This document shows positions 1 through 10,081 of a DNA stretch of 64,000 nucleotides, piece by piece. Position 1 is the first letter of the stretch; each line of letters starts with the position of its first letter. Under the pieces are notes generated by a model. It was not told the origin of the DNA and made no database searches. It saw only the letters and a program-made list of their open reading frames with translations. This DNA is from Halorarum halobium (GTDB taxonomy: Archaea; Halobacteriota; Halobacteria; Halobacteriales; Haloferacaceae), in the NCBI RefSeq assembly GCF_032116555.1, contig NZ_CP134949.1, positions 62,001 through 126,000 on the forward strand. The letters run 5' to 3'. Position numbers and translations under genes: made by a program.

Positions 1-166
1 CGTCACCGTCGCGCCGTCGGAGCGGCCCGACGACGAGGACGCCGAGTTCACCGCGCGGGTGTCGAACGAGAGCGACGTGGCCACCGAGAGCCGGGTCACG
101 CTCGGCGTCGAACTGGACAAGGCACACCTGTTCGACGGCCGGACCGGCGAGAACGTCCTCCGGTAG
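1..166 (+). CDS. 3' end of a sugar ABC transporter ATP-binding protein (MalK-like C-terminus), partial
   Basis: Frame from base 2 reads ...AEFTARVSNESDVATESRVTLGVELDKAHLFDGRTGENVLR, stop at 164-166; HLFD..TGE is typical of MalK/UgpC C-termini. Confidence 0.7.
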   Translation, partial: VTVAPSERPDDEDAEFTARVSNESDVATESRVTLGVELDKAHLFDGRTGENVLR

Positions 167-187
167 TTGCCGGGCCAGCCCCGCCCC

Positions 188-1480
188 TCACTCCGCCGGT
201 TCGAACGACGGCTCGCCGTCCACGAACGAGAGTTCCTCCGGTCCCTCCACGACGACGCCCTCGGGCGGGTCGCGCGCGAGCGCCTCGGAGACGCGGAACG
301 ACGACAGCGACGCGGTGTCCCGGATCCAGGCGACGCGGACGTCCGCCGGGTCGTAGGTCCCGACGGTGGAGAGCGCGGCCGTCAGCGCCCGCTCGTCGTC
401 CGGGAGGACGACCGGGAGCTTCGCCTTGCTGAGCGACCCGCTCGTCAGCGCGTTCGTGTACACCTGGTCGAGGTCGAGTTCATCGGCGACCGCGCGGGTC
501 GTCACGTCCGCCAGCCCGATGCCGTTGCCGTTGCCGTGGGTCGCCTCCGTCAGCCCCCGCACGACGATGCGCTTGATGTCGGGCAGCGCCGGGTCCTCGG
601 CGTTCAGCACGCTGTACCGGCCGACGACGTTCGTGTCCATCCCCGCGCCGGAGACGTCCTTGCCGATCTCGTCGACGACGAGCACGTCGAGGTCGTCGAA
701 CGGGAGCGTCGGCATGTACTCGTCGGCCCGCTCCAGCAGCGGCTCCTCCGCGTCGGGGAGCGCCGACGCGGGCACGCCCTCGACGTGGGCCGTCCGGTCG
801 TGGAAGTTCTCAACGACGGCGAGGCCCCCCAGCAGCGGCGTCTCGGCGCGGACGACGTCGTAGGCCGCGGCGATGACGGGTACGTACCCCTCGACGAGCG
901 CGTGCTCGTGGGCCGCCTTCGCGCCTGGCTGTTTGCCCAGCCCGATGGTCGCCATCTTCGTCAGCCCGCTCTCGAACCGGCCGGTGAAGTTGGTGTGGGC
1001 CTTCACGCGGTTGATCACGAGGACCCCGTCGGCCTCCAGGGCGGCCGTCGAGAACGGCACCGTCGCGCCGACCGCGGAGTCGCCGAGGTCGGTCGTGTCC
1101 ATCCGCGCGTCGATCGGACAGCCGAGTGCGTCCTCGGTCAGCCCGATGCCGGCGAGCGTCCGCCGCTGGCCCTCGGCGGTCGCGCCGCCGTGGCTCCCCA
1201 TCGCCGGCACGACGAACGGCTCGAAGCCGCGACGTGCCAGTTCGTCGATCACGGCCCGTGCTGCTGGAACGACGTCGTGGATGCCACGGCTCCCCAGCCC
1301 GACCGCGACGCTCCCCCCCGGGGGGACGTCGCCGAGCGGGAGTTCGTCCACCTCCGCGCGGGTCCTCCCCTCGACGTCGTCGAGTTCGGGCGTCTCCGGC
1401 TCGTACCGCACCGACGCGAACCGGGGGAGGGTCGGTCGGCCGAGCGCCGCGTCGACGACATCGGCGTCCGGGAATCGCAT
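188..1480 (-). CDS. Lactate racemase (LarA)-like / DUF362 domain protein
   Basis: Motifs GSRGI, PAMGSHGGAT, INRVKAHT, GKDVSGAGMDTNVVGR; ATG at 1480 chosen (MRFPDAD). Confidence 0.7.
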   Translation of the reverse strand: MRFPDADVVDAALGRPTLPRFASVRYEPETPELDDVEGRTRAEVDELPLGDVPPGGSVAVGLGSRGIHDVVPAARAVIDELARRGFEPFVVPAMGSHGGATAEGQRRTLAGIGLTEDALGCPIDARMDTTDLGDSAVGATVPFSTAALEADGVLVINRVKAHTNFTGRFESGLTKMATIGLGKQPGAKAAHEHALVEGYVPVIAAAYDVVRAETPLLGGLAVVENFHDRTAHVEGVPASALPDAEEPLLERADEYMPTLPFDDLDVLVVDEIGKDVSGAGMDTNVVGRYSVLNAEDPALPDIKRIVVRGLTEATHGNGNGIGLADVTTRAVADELDLDQVYTNALTSGSLSKAKLPVVLPDDERALTAALSTVGTYDPADVRVAWIRDTASLSSFRVSEALARDPPEGVVVEGPEELSFVDGEPSFEPAE

Positions 1481-1605
1481 GCTCGTTCGTTGGCGAGCGG
1501 CGAGTAAACCGTGTCGGCGGTGCTGCGCGGTCTCGTGTCCCGTCGTTTCGTGTCGTGTGGTACCACTGAGCATAACGATTTACCGATCCGTCCCGAAAGG
1601 CTCGT

Positions 1606-2709
1606 ATGGAAGTCGCCGAGGTCGAGAGTTTCGCGGTCTCCATCCCGCTGGCGGAGCCGGTGTCGTTCGCGACCCGGACCGTCGAGGAGCGTGACCACGC
1701 CGTCACGTACGTCCGGACCGACGACGGGGTCGAGGGGCTCGGCTACACGCTCGGCTACGGCGGGGCGGGGCTCGTCGCCGACGCCGTGACCGACGTGCTC
1801 GCGCCCATCGTCGAGGGCGAGGACCCGCGCGACACCGAGCGCCTGTGGCGCGAGATGTTCGACGGGACGGTCCAGATCGGGCGGAAGGGCGTCATGCTGC
1901 GGGCCATCGCGACCGTGGACGTCGCGCTGTGGGACGTCGCCGCGAAGGCGGCGGGCGTGCCGCTGTACAAGTACCTCGGGGCGTACCGCGACTCGGTTCC
2001 CGCCTACGCCAGCGGCGGCTACTACCGCGAGGGGAAGGGGCTGGAGGGGCTCCGCGAGGAGATGGGGCGGTACGTCGAGCGCGGCCACGACGCGGTGAAG
2101 ATGAAGGTCGGGCGGCTCTCGCCCGCCGAGGAGGCCGAGCGCGTCGCGGCGGTCAGGGAGACCATCGGCGACGAGCGGGTCCTGATGGTCGACGCGAACG
2201 GCGCGTGGAAGAGCAAGCCGGAGGCGCTCCGAACGTGCCGGGCTATCGCCGAGTACGACCCGTACTTCGTCGAGGAGCCGGTGATGCCCGACGGCGTCTC
2301 GCTCATGGCCGAGGTGAACGACGCGCTGGAGTACTCCGTGGCGGCCGGCGAACTGGAGTTCTCGCGGTACGGCTTCGCCGAGTTGCTCCGCGAGGGCGCC
2401 GTCGACGTGGTCCAGCCCGACGCGACCGTCTGTGGCGGCATCACCGAGTGGCTGAAGGTGGCGAACACGGCCGCCAGCTACGACGTGCCGGTGGCGCCCC
2501 ACTACAACTGGGACCTCCACGCCCACCTCGTCGCAGCCAGCGAGAACGGCACCTGGGTCGAGTACTTCCACCGCGACTCGGACGTGAAGGTGTTCGACGA
2601 CGTGATCGAGGAGCCGCTGACGCCCGAGGACGGCGAGATCGCGCTGCCCGACCGCCCGGGCCACGGCATCGAACTCGACCGGGACGCCCTCGCGGCGTTC
2701 GAGGTGTGA
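1606..2709 (+). CDS. Mandelate racemase/muconate lactonizing enzyme family protein
   Basis: DVALWD, KMKVG (KxK), MVDAN, FVEEP, AAGE, PGHG enolase-superfamily motifs. Confidence 0.9.
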   Translation: MEVAEVESFAVSIPLAEPVSFATRTVEERDHAVTYVRTDDGVEGLGYTLGYGGAGLVADAVTDVLAPIVEGEDPRDTERLWREMFDGTVQIGRKGVMLRAIATVDVALWDVAAKAAGVPLYKYLGAYRDSVPAYASGGYYREGKGLEGLREEMGRYVERGHDAVKMKVGRLSPAEEAERVAAVRETIGDERVLMVDANGAWKSKPEALRTCRAIAEYDPYFVEEPVMPDGVSLMAEVNDALEYSVAAGELEFSRYGFAELLREGAVDVVQPDATVCGGITEWLKVANTAASYDVPVAPHYNWDLHAHLVAASENGTWVEYFHRDSDVKVFDDVIEEPLTPEDGEIALPDRPGHGIELDRDALAAFEV

Positions 2710-2711
2710 CC

Positions 2712-3938
2712 GTGCGGGACTACGGCAACCGGGCGACGCGCCGGGCCGACGCGCGTGACGTGGAAATCACGGGGCTCGACACCGCCGTGATCGAGGGGAA
2801 CTTCGACTGGAACCTCGTGCGGGTCCACACCGACGAGGGCGTGACGGGCATCGGCGAGTCGTACCGCGGCGGGGCGGTCACCGACGTCATGGCGTACATG
2901 GGCGAGTTCCTCGTCGGGGAGAACCCGCTCGACGTGGAGCGACTGTTCCGCCGGATGGTCCAGGAGACGTCCGGGCACGGCGGGACGACGGGGAAGGTCG
3001 TCACCGCCGCGTCGGGCATCGAGATCGCGCTCTGGGACCTCGCGGGAAAGCTGCTCGACGTGCCGACCTACCAGTTGCTCGGCGGGAAGTACCGCGACGA
3101 CGTGCGGGTCTACTGTGACCTCCACGCGGGCGAGGCGTACGCGGTCGACGACGCCTCCGGGTTCACCGAGTACGCCGACGAGGCGGCGTACCGGCCGGCC
3201 GCGTACGCCGAGACCGCCGGGGCGGCCGTCGAACTGGGGTTCGACGCCATCAAGTTCGACCTGGACACGCCCGGGGACAACGAACCGGACCCGTTCAACG
3301 GCCGGCTCTCGGCGGCGGACGTGGAAGACAAGCGCGAGATCGTCGCCGCCGTCGACGACGCGGTCCCCGACGGGGTGGAGGTCGCGTTCGACTGCCACTG
3401 GGACTACTCGCTCGACTCGGCAAAGCGCCTCGCGCGGGCACTGGAGCCGTACGGCCTCATGTGGCTGGAGGACGTCGTCCCGCCCGAGAACGCGGCGGCC
3501 CAGCGAGAGGTTGCCCGCTCGACGAGCACGCCGCTGGCGACCGGGGAGAACCGCTTCCGCGTCCACGAGTTCTCCGAACTGCTGTACGAGTTCGCCGTCG
3601 ACGTCGTGACCCCGGATCCGACGACCTGCGGCGGGCTCGCGGAGTCGCGGGCCATCGCCAACCGAGCCGAGGAGAACTACGTCGTGTTCTCGCCGCACAA
3701 CGTCTGTAGCCCCGTCGGGACGATGGCGTGTGCTCACCTCGGGGCGTCGGTGCCGAACTTCGGCGTGCTGGAGTACCACGCGCTGGAGGTGGACTGGTGG
3801 GACGACCTCCTGGCGCGCTCGGAGCCGCTCATCGAGGACGGCTCCATCGCCGTCCCTGAGACGCCGGGGCTCGGCGTCGAACTCGACGAGGAGGTCGCCG
3901 CGGAACACGCGAAGGGAGCGGGCGATCTCTGGCCGTGA
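2712..3938 (+). CDS. Enolase-superfamily sugar-acid dehydratase (haloarchaeal gluconate/xylonate dehydratase-like)
   Basis: GTG at 2712 just after the upstream stop; GENPLDVERL, IEIALWD, GGKYRD, IKFDLD, FDCHW, WLED, HNVCSP, LEYH. Confidence 0.85.
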   Translation: MRDYGNRATRRADARDVEITGLDTAVIEGNFDWNLVRVHTDEGVTGIGESYRGGAVTDVMAYMGEFLVGENPLDVERLFRRMVQETSGHGGTTGKVVTAASGIEIALWDLAGKLLDVPTYQLLGGKYRDDVRVYCDLHAGEAYAVDDASGFTEYADEAAYRPAAYAETAGAAVELGFDAIKFDLDTPGDNEPDPFNGRLSAADVEDKREIVAAVDDAVPDGVEVAFDCHWDYSLDSAKRLARALEPYGLMWLEDVVPPENAAAQREVARSTSTPLATGENRFRVHEFSELLYEFAVDVVTPDPTTCGGLAESRAIANRAEENYVVFSPHNVCSPVGTMACAHLGASVPNFGVLEYHALEVDWWDDLLARSEPLIEDGSIAVPETPGLGVELDEEVAAEHAKGAGDLWP

Positions 3939-3988
3939 GTCGCGGGCCGGAAGCCTGGACCACCAGGCCCCGAACCCCTTCGGCCGGC

Positions 3989-4513
3989 TCAGACGAGCGT
4001 GTCCGGCCGCGTCGAGAGGTAGTCGAACACCGCGCCGAGGCCGAAGCCGTAGCCGAGGTGGCCGACGAACGTGAACAGGAGGTAGCCGGCCAGCCAGTAC
4101 GACGGGTCGTAGAACGCCATGGCGAACCCGGTCCAGATGACGGCCCCGAACGTGATGCCCCGGAGGGCGAAGCGGTCGCCCGGCAGGTACGAGCCGATCG
4201 AGGCGAACAGCAGCGGCCAGATCACCATCCCGCCGGCGAGGAACACGAGGAAGCCGACGGCGACGGGGTACTGCGGGAAGAACACGATGGTCCCGGTCAT
4301 CTCGGCCAGCGTCCCGAACGCCGCCAGGTCGAACGCGCCGAACGTCCGCGCGACGAGCAGGCCGACGGTGATGATGGCGGTGCCGACCGCGCCGCCGACC
4401 GCGCCGACGAACCCGTCGGTGATGACGCCGAACAGGTGGTCGAAGTCCGGTTCAGCCTCCTCCTGGGCGGCGTCGACGGTCGGGGTGTCGACCCGTGATC
4501 GCTCCTCGTCCAT
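3989..4513 (-). CDS. Cox-cluster-associated membrane protein (DUF6789-like)
   Basis: About 4 hydrophobic segments, C-terminal GHLGYGFGLG, divergent from coxB; ATG at 4513. Confidence 0.6.
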   Translation of the reverse strand: MDEERSRVDTPTVDAAQEEAEPDFDHLFGVITDGFVGAVGGAVGTAIITVGLLVARTFGAFDLAAFGTLAEMTGTIVFFPQYPVAVGFLVFLAGGMVIWPLLFASIGSYLPGDRFALRGITFGAVIWTGFAMAFYDPSYWLAGYLLFTFVGHLGYGFGLGAVFDYLSTRPDTLV

Positions 4514-4662
4514 GTCATATGATACCATCGTTCGTGGTGAAAAGCGTTCCGTCGATCTCGGCCGCCGGAGCCGGCTTTCGGGGGAGGGCCCGGTGGCTCT
4601 CGCCGCAATGAATAAGTGAACCGGGGGGAAGTTGGGACCAACGTGCAGAGTTAACGGATGGC

Positions 4663-5457
4663 ATGACATTCAACCACATCGGGGCGGCAGTCACGCTCGC
4701 GCCGCTCCAGAACGGTATCGTCCCGCGAGGGACGCGCGTGGAAGTGTTCCGGGAGATCTTCGACGTGTTCCTCCTGCTCGGGACGCTCGTCGGCGTGGTC
4801 GTCGTGGGGTACATGCTCTACAACGCCTACAAGTATCGGGCGGGCGCCGATGGCGTCGAGCGGAAGAACGGCGAGGACGAACTCCCCACGCTCGGCGAGC
4901 TGCCGACGGGCGGCGGCGGGGGCGGCAAGCTGTTCGTCTCGTTCACGCTGAGCGCCGTCATCGTGATCTCGCTCATCGCCTGGACGTACGGCGCGCTGGC
5001 GTTCGTCGAGACCGACTCGCCGGTCGACGAGGACTCGCTCCGTGTCCAGGTCGAGGGGTACCAGTTCGGCTGGCAGTTCGAGTACCCGAACGGCTACACC
5101 GACACGACCCTCCGGGTGCCGGTGGACAGGTCCGTCCAGCTTTCGGTCACCTCCCGTGACGTGTTCCACAACATCGGCATACGCGAACTCCGGGTGAAAG
5201 CCGACGCCATCCCCGGACAGACCACGAACACGTGGTTCATCGCCGACGAGCGGGGGACGTACATCGCGCAGTGTTACGAGCTCTGTGGCGTCGGCCACTC
5301 GTACATGACCGCCCAGGTGAAGGTTATGCCACAGGACGAGTACGAGGCGTGGTACGCCAACACGACCGCCGAGAACGGGACCGCCGGCGGCGCGAACGGC
5401 ACCGCCGGCAACGCCACCGGCTCCGGTAGCTCCGCGAACGTGGTGGGTGCGCTATGA
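4663..5457 (+). CDS. coxB: Cytochrome c oxidase subunit II
   Basis: Two TM helices, GYQFGWQFEY, CuA ligands DVFH...CYELCGVGHSYM. Confidence 0.93.
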   Translation: MTFNHIGAAVTLAPLQNGIVPRGTRVEVFREIFDVFLLLGTLVGVVVVGYMLYNAYKYRAGADGVERKNGEDELPTLGELPTGGGGGGKLFVSFTLSAVIVISLIAWTYGALAFVETDSPVDEDSLRVQVEGYQFGWQFEYPNGYTDTTLRVPVDRSVQLSVTSRDVFHNIGIRELRVKADAIPGQTTNTWFIADERGTYIAQCYELCGVGHSYMTAQVKVMPQDEYEAWYANTTAENGTAGGANGTAGNATGSGSSANVVGAL

Positions 5458-8057
5458 CCGAGCGCGACGAGGTCGACGACCGGGCCGACGAGGCGACTAC
5501 GACCGACGAGACGACCGCGACCGACGGCGGCCACGGGGCAGCCGGCGAGCTCGAGGACCACCACGGCCTCCCGGGCACGAACACGCTCACGCGCTGGTTC
5601 GTCACGACGAACCACAAGGACGTCGGCATCCTCTACACGGTGACGGCGCTGTTCTTCCTCGTGTTCGGGGGCGTGCTGGCGATGCTGATGCGGGCACAGC
5701 TCTGGATCCCGGGCGACCAGATCCTCTCGGCGGCCGCCTACAACCAGGCCGTCTCGGCACACGGCCTGCTGATGGTGTTCTGGTTCCTCTCGCCGTTCGC
5801 GTTCGGCTTCGCCAACTACGTCGTGCCGCTCCAGCTCGGGGCCAAGGACCTCGCGTTCCCGCGGCTGAACGCGCTCTCCTACTGGCTCTACCTGTTCTCG
5901 GGCGGGCTGTTCTTCGTCTCGTTCTTCCAGGGCGGGACGTTCACCGGCGGCTGGACGATGTACGCGCCGCTCAACCTCCCGATGTACACCCCGGAGCCGG
6001 GGGCGACGACGACGGTGCTCGCGATGATCATGTTCGTCGCCTCGGTGACGGTGTCGTCGGTGAACTTCCTCACCACGATGCACCGCATGCGCGCGGAGGG
6101 GATGCGCATGCGGGACATGCCGCTGTTCAGCGCCTCGATCCTGCTCACGGTGTGGATGATGCTGTTCGCGTTCGCCGCGCTGCTGGCGGCGATGATGATC
6201 CTCACCTCGGACCGCCTGCTCGGGACGACCTACTTCGCGGCGACGAGCGCGGGCGGGTCGCTGCTGTGGGCCCACCTGTTCTGGTTCTTCGGCCATCCGG
6301 AGGTGTACATCGTCTTCTTCCCCGCGCTGGGGGCCATGGCCGAGATCTTCCAGACGTTCACCGGGCGCCGCATCGTCGGGCGCAAGTGGTTCATCGCGTC
6401 GATGCTGCTCGTCGCGCTCCAGAGTTTCGTCGTCTGGATGCACCACATGTTCCTGACGGCGATCAACCTGCAGATCAAGACGCTGTTCATGGCGACCACC
6501 ATCGGCATCTCGCTGCCGTTCGACCTGATGGTGTTCGCGCTCATCTACACGACGATCAAGGGGCGCATCCGGTTCAAGACGCCGTTCCTGTTCGCCTTCG
6601 GCGGCCTGCTGGTGTTCATCATCGGCGGCATCACCGGCGTGTTCCTGGGCGCGGTCGTGCTCGACTACGAGTTCCGGGGCACCTACTGGGTCGTCGCGCA
6701 CTTCCACTACGTGATGGTCGGGGGCGTCACCGCGCTGGTCGGCGCGCTCTACTACTGGTACCCGAAGATGTCGGGGCGGATGTACGACGAGTTCCTCGGG
6801 AAGGTCCACTTCGCGGTGTACTTCATCGGGTTCAACCTGCTGTACTTCCCGATGTTCATGGCCTGGGAGACGCCGCGCCGGGTGTTCGAGTACCCGATGG
6901 CGCTCATCGGCTACCACCAGAGCGCGACGATCGGCGCGTTCCTGCTCGGCGGGTCGTTCATCATCATGTTCTGGAACCTCACGAAGAGCCTCTGGGCCGG
7001 CGACCCCGCGCCGGACAACCCCTGGGAGTACGCGACGACGGCCGAGTGGGTCGTCTCCTCGCCGCCGCCCCTGGAGAACTTCCCCGGGCGCCCGAGCTAC
7101 GCGAGCGGGTCGCTCTCGTTCGTCGACGAACTCCGGCCGGGCGGCGACTCGGGGACCCCGAGCGTCGCGGACGGCGGCGTGGCCGACGGGGGCGTCGCCG
7201 ACGCGACGATGCCGGTCGCACACGACGCGGGCGAGCACGCCGAGGAGGACCACGGCGCGGACCACGCGAGCGTCTGGCCGTTCGTGATCGGCCTCGGCGG
7301 TTTCTTCGCCCTGCTGGGCCTGTCGGGCTTCCAGGAGGGGAGCTTCGTCGGCGGGATGGCCGGCGCGATGTACGTCGGCCTCCTCGCGGTCGGGACCGTC
7401 GTGCTCGGCTACGGGCTCGTCGGGCTGACCCGCGAGCCGTTCGAGGGGCTCACCGGCCCGTTCGGGTCGAGCTGGCCGTTCGAGAACATCGAGAACACGA
7501 AGCTGGGGATGTGGATCTTCCTCGGCTCGGACGTCGTGCTGTTCGGCGCGTTCATCGGCTCGTACGTGTTCATCCGGGTCGCGGAGGGGTGGCGCAACTG
7601 GCACCACCTCATCCCGGAGGCCCACGTCCCGCTCCCGGGGCTGATCAACACGTACCTGCTGCTCACCAGCAGCTTCACCGTCGTGCTCGCGCTGGTCGCC
7701 GCCGAGAAGAACAAGCGGTGGGGCGTCGTCGGCGGCCTCGGCGCGACGTTCCTGCTCGGGGTCGGGTTCCTCATCAACAAGGCCCAGGAGTGGCTCCACC
7801 TGTTCCACGTGAGCACCGAGGCGTTCCCGCACGGCTGGACCCTCTCGACGAACGTCGCCTCCTCGACGTTCTATCTCACGACCGGGCTCCACGGCGCGCA
7901 CGTCGCCGTCGGGCTGCTCATCACGCTGTACATGCTGGTCCGCGCGGTGAAGGGGGCGTACCTCGACGACGAGCGGCCGGTGGAGTACTTCGGGCTCTAC
8001 TGGCACTTCGTCGACATCGTCTGGCTGTTCCTCTTCCCGCTGTTCTACATCCTCTAG
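5454..8057 (+). CDS. coxAC: Fused cytochrome c oxidase subunit I/III
   Basis: TTNHKDVG, DLAFPRLN, GHPEVY, WMHHMF, VAHFHY, PRR; C-terminal subunit III motifs TGLHGAHV, YWHFVDIVW; ATGA overlap with coxB. Confidence 0.93.
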   Translation: MTERDEVDDRADEATTTDETTATDGGHGAAGELEDHHGLPGTNTLTRWFVTTNHKDVGILYTVTALFFLVFGGVLAMLMRAQLWIPGDQILSAAAYNQAVSAHGLLMVFWFLSPFAFGFANYVVPLQLGAKDLAFPRLNALSYWLYLFSGGLFFVSFFQGGTFTGGWTMYAPLNLPMYTPEPGATTTVLAMIMFVASVTVSSVNFLTTMHRMRAEGMRMRDMPLFSASILLTVWMMLFAFAALLAAMMILTSDRLLGTTYFAATSAGGSLLWAHLFWFFGHPEVYIVFFPALGAMAEIFQTFTGRRIVGRKWFIASMLLVALQSFVVWMHHMFLTAINLQIKTLFMATTIGISLPFDLMVFALIYTTIKGRIRFKTPFLFAFGGLLVFIIGGITGVFLGAVVLDYEFRGTYWVVAHFHYVMVGGVTALVGALYYWYPKMSGRMYDEFLGKVHFAVYFIGFNLLYFPMFMAWETPRRVFEYPMALIGYHQSATIGAFLLGGSFIIMFWNLTKSLWAGDPAPDNPWEYATTAEWVVSSPPPLENFPGRPSYASGSLSFVDELRPGGDSGTPSVADGGVADGGVADATMPVAHDAGEHAEEDHGADHASVWPFVIGLGGFFALLGLSGFQEGSFVGGMAGAMYVGLLAVGTVVLGYGLVGLTREPFEGLTGPFGSSWPFENIENTKLGMWIFLGSDVVLFGAFIGSYVFIRVAEGWRNWHHLIPEAHVPLPGLINTYLLLTSSFTVVLALVAAEKNKRWGVVGGLGATFLLGVGFLINKAQEWLHLFHVSTEAFPHGWTLSTNVASSTFYLTTGLHGAHVAVGLLITLYMLVRAVKGAYLDDERPVEYFGLYWHFVDIVWLFLFPLFYIL

Positions 8058-8066
8058 GTGAGACCA

Positions 8067-8330
8067 ATGACATCAACAAAACTCTACACGGCGATATACG
8101 TGGTCCTGTTCGTGCTGGCGACCGGACAGGTGCTCATCGAGCAGTTCGAGGGGTTCACCTACTGGACGGCGTTCGCGATCATCATGGTCGTCTCGGCCGC
8201 GAAGGCGGTCGTCGTCGCGGCCTACTACCAGCACCTGCGCTCGGAACCACGTTCGGTGACCTACATCATGGTCGGCGGGCTGGTCGCCGCGCTGGCGCTG
8301 ACGGTCGCGGCCTCGTACTCGATCCTCTAG
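8067..8330 (+). CDS. Cytochrome c oxidase subunit IV family protein
   Basis: Three short TM helices, KAVVVAAYYQHLRSE motif, last gene of the cox operon. Confidence 0.8.
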   Translation: MTSTKLYTAIYVVLFVLATGQVLIEQFEGFTYWTAFAIIMVVSAAKAVVVAAYYQHLRSEPRSVTYIMVGGLVAALALTVAASYSIL

Positions 8331-8428
8331 CCTCACGCGCGGCGACGGCGTCCGGGGGCGACCCCGTTTTCGCCGACTCGCTCCAGCCGACGACAACACT
8401 GATTGGGGTCGGCCGGAATCGGGCGGAC

Positions 8429-8998
8429 ATGGTCTCCCGCAGCACCACCGTCGTCCTCGCCCTCCTCGCGTTCGTCGGCGGCGTCACCGCCGGCGGCCTC
8501 ACGGCCGTCGTCGCCACGGACGACCCGTTCGCCGGCCAGCAGGACGCGACGCTCCAGGGGTTCGAGACGGTCAGCGTCGCCTGCGTCGACCCGACCGAAC
8601 GGGGGAAGATCGACCGCACCGCGAGCGCCCCGAACGGCTCCGGGGCCGACCTCACGCTCCGCGAGAACGTCACGGTCCCCGACACCGCGTCGGGACTGGA
8701 GCCCCGGTTCGACCGCATCGCCCCCGGGACGTTCCTGCTCGACGTGCGGACGGTCACCGCCGACGGGGAGGACGCCGGGGATGACTGCGGCGAGGGCCGC
8801 CCCGAGGCCAGGTACGTCGCGAACCTCACCCTCCCGACCGAGGAGTACACGCTCGTCCTGTTGCGCGACGGCGAGTACGTCGGCGTCAACTACGCCACCT
8901 CCGGGGCGCTGTCCGGGAGCGCCGGTGCGGGCCGGAGCGCGTCCGCGTCCGACGGCGGCGAGTCGTCGGACGATGCTGACGCCGGGAACGCCTCCTGA
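8429..8998 (+). CDS. Hypothetical secreted/membrane-anchored protein
   Basis: ATG 8429, N-terminal hydrophobic helix, acidic ectodomain with two Cys. Confidence 0.6.
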   Translation: MVSRSTTVVLALLAFVGGVTAGGLTAVVATDDPFAGQQDATLQGFETVSVACVDPTERGKIDRTASAPNGSGADLTLRENVTVPDTASGLEPRFDRIAPGTFLLDVRTVTADGEDAGDDCGEGRPEARYVANLTLPTEEYTLVLLRDGEYVGVNYATSGALSGSAGAGRSASASDGGESSDDADAGNAS

Positions 8999-9097
8999 CC
9001 GGCCCGGCCCGGATTCGCGGGACGCCGCCCGCTCACCGATCCGAACCGACGGGCCGCTTCCGACAGCGTTTCACCGCGGGCCGCCCGAGTGCCGCCA

Positions 9098-10081
9098 ATG
9101 ACCCTGCGGGTGACGTTCCTCGGGACGAGCGGCGCGGTGCCGACGGTCGAGCGCGCCCCCAGCGCCGTCCACGTCAACCGCGAGGGCGACGAACTGCTGT
9201 TCGACTGCGGGGAGGGCACACAGCGGCAGATGATGCGGTACGGCACCGGGTTCGGCCTCTCGCACGTGTTCGTTTCACACCTCCACGGCGACCACATCCT
9301 CGGGCTCCCCGGCCTCGTGCAGAGCCTCGATTTCAACGACCGCGAGGAGGCGCTCGCCATCCACGGCCCGCCCGGATCGAAGCGAACCATCCGCCGGCTG
9401 GTCCACGCGGGCGGGCACGAGCCCACCTTCCCGGTTCGTATCGACGAGGTCCGCCCGGGGAACGTCGCGCTCGCCCGCGAGGAGTACCAGGTCCGGACGT
9501 TCGAGACGGACCACCGGACGACCTCGATGGGGTTCGCGCTCGCCGAGGCAGACCGGAAGGGCCGCTTCGACCGCGAGAAGGCCGAGGACGAACTCGGGAT
9601 TCCGCCCGGCCCGGCGTACGGCCGGCTCCACGGCGGCGAGGCGGTCGAACTGGACGACGGCACCGTGATTCGGCCCGAGGCGGTCGTCGGGCCGCCCCGG
9701 CCGGGCCGGACCGTGGTCTACACCGGCGACACGCGACCCGTGGACGCGACCGTCGAGGCCGCCGACGGCGCGGACCTGCTGATCCACGACGCGACGTTCG
9801 CGGACGACGACGCAGAGCGCGCCCGGAAGACGGCCCACTCGACCGCGACCGAGGCGGCCGAGATCGCCCGCCGGGCCGGCGCGAAGCGGCTCGCGCTCAC
9901 CCACATCTCCTCCCGGTACGCCGCCCGCGCGGGGCTCCTGGAGTCGGAAGCGAGGGAGGCGTTCGAGGCGACGGGGGTCGACGCGCGGACGGGCGTCGGA
10001 GGCGGAAACGGCGACGCCGTCTCGGTGTTCGTCCCGGACGACGGCGACGAGGTCGAGGTCCCGTTCCCGGACGACCGGTGA
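9098..10081 (+). CDS. rnz: Ribonuclease Z
   Basis: FLGTSGAVP, FDCGEGTQRQ, HLHGDH, GIPPGP exosite, YTGDTRP, IHDATF, THISSRY. Confidence 0.95.
   Translation: MTLRVTFLGTSGAVPTVERAPSAVHVNREGDELLFDCGEGTQRQMMRYGTGFGLSHVFVSHLHGDHILGLPGLVQSLDFNDREEALAIHGPPGSKRTIRRLVHAGGHEPTFPVRIDEVRPGNVALAREEYQVRTFETDHRTTSMGFALAEADRKGRFDREKAEDELGIPPGPAYGRLHGGEAVELDDGTVIRPEAVVGPPRPGRTVVYTGDTRPVDATVEAADGADLLIHDATFADDDAERARKTAHSTATEAAEIARRAGAKRLALTHISSRYAARAGLLESEAREAFEATGVDARTGVGGGNGDAVSVFVPDDGDEVEVPFPDDR

Noticed and set aside
5454..8057. Subunit I-III fusion as a novelty
   Set aside because: Fused coxAC genes are already known in haloarchaea and other prokaryotes.
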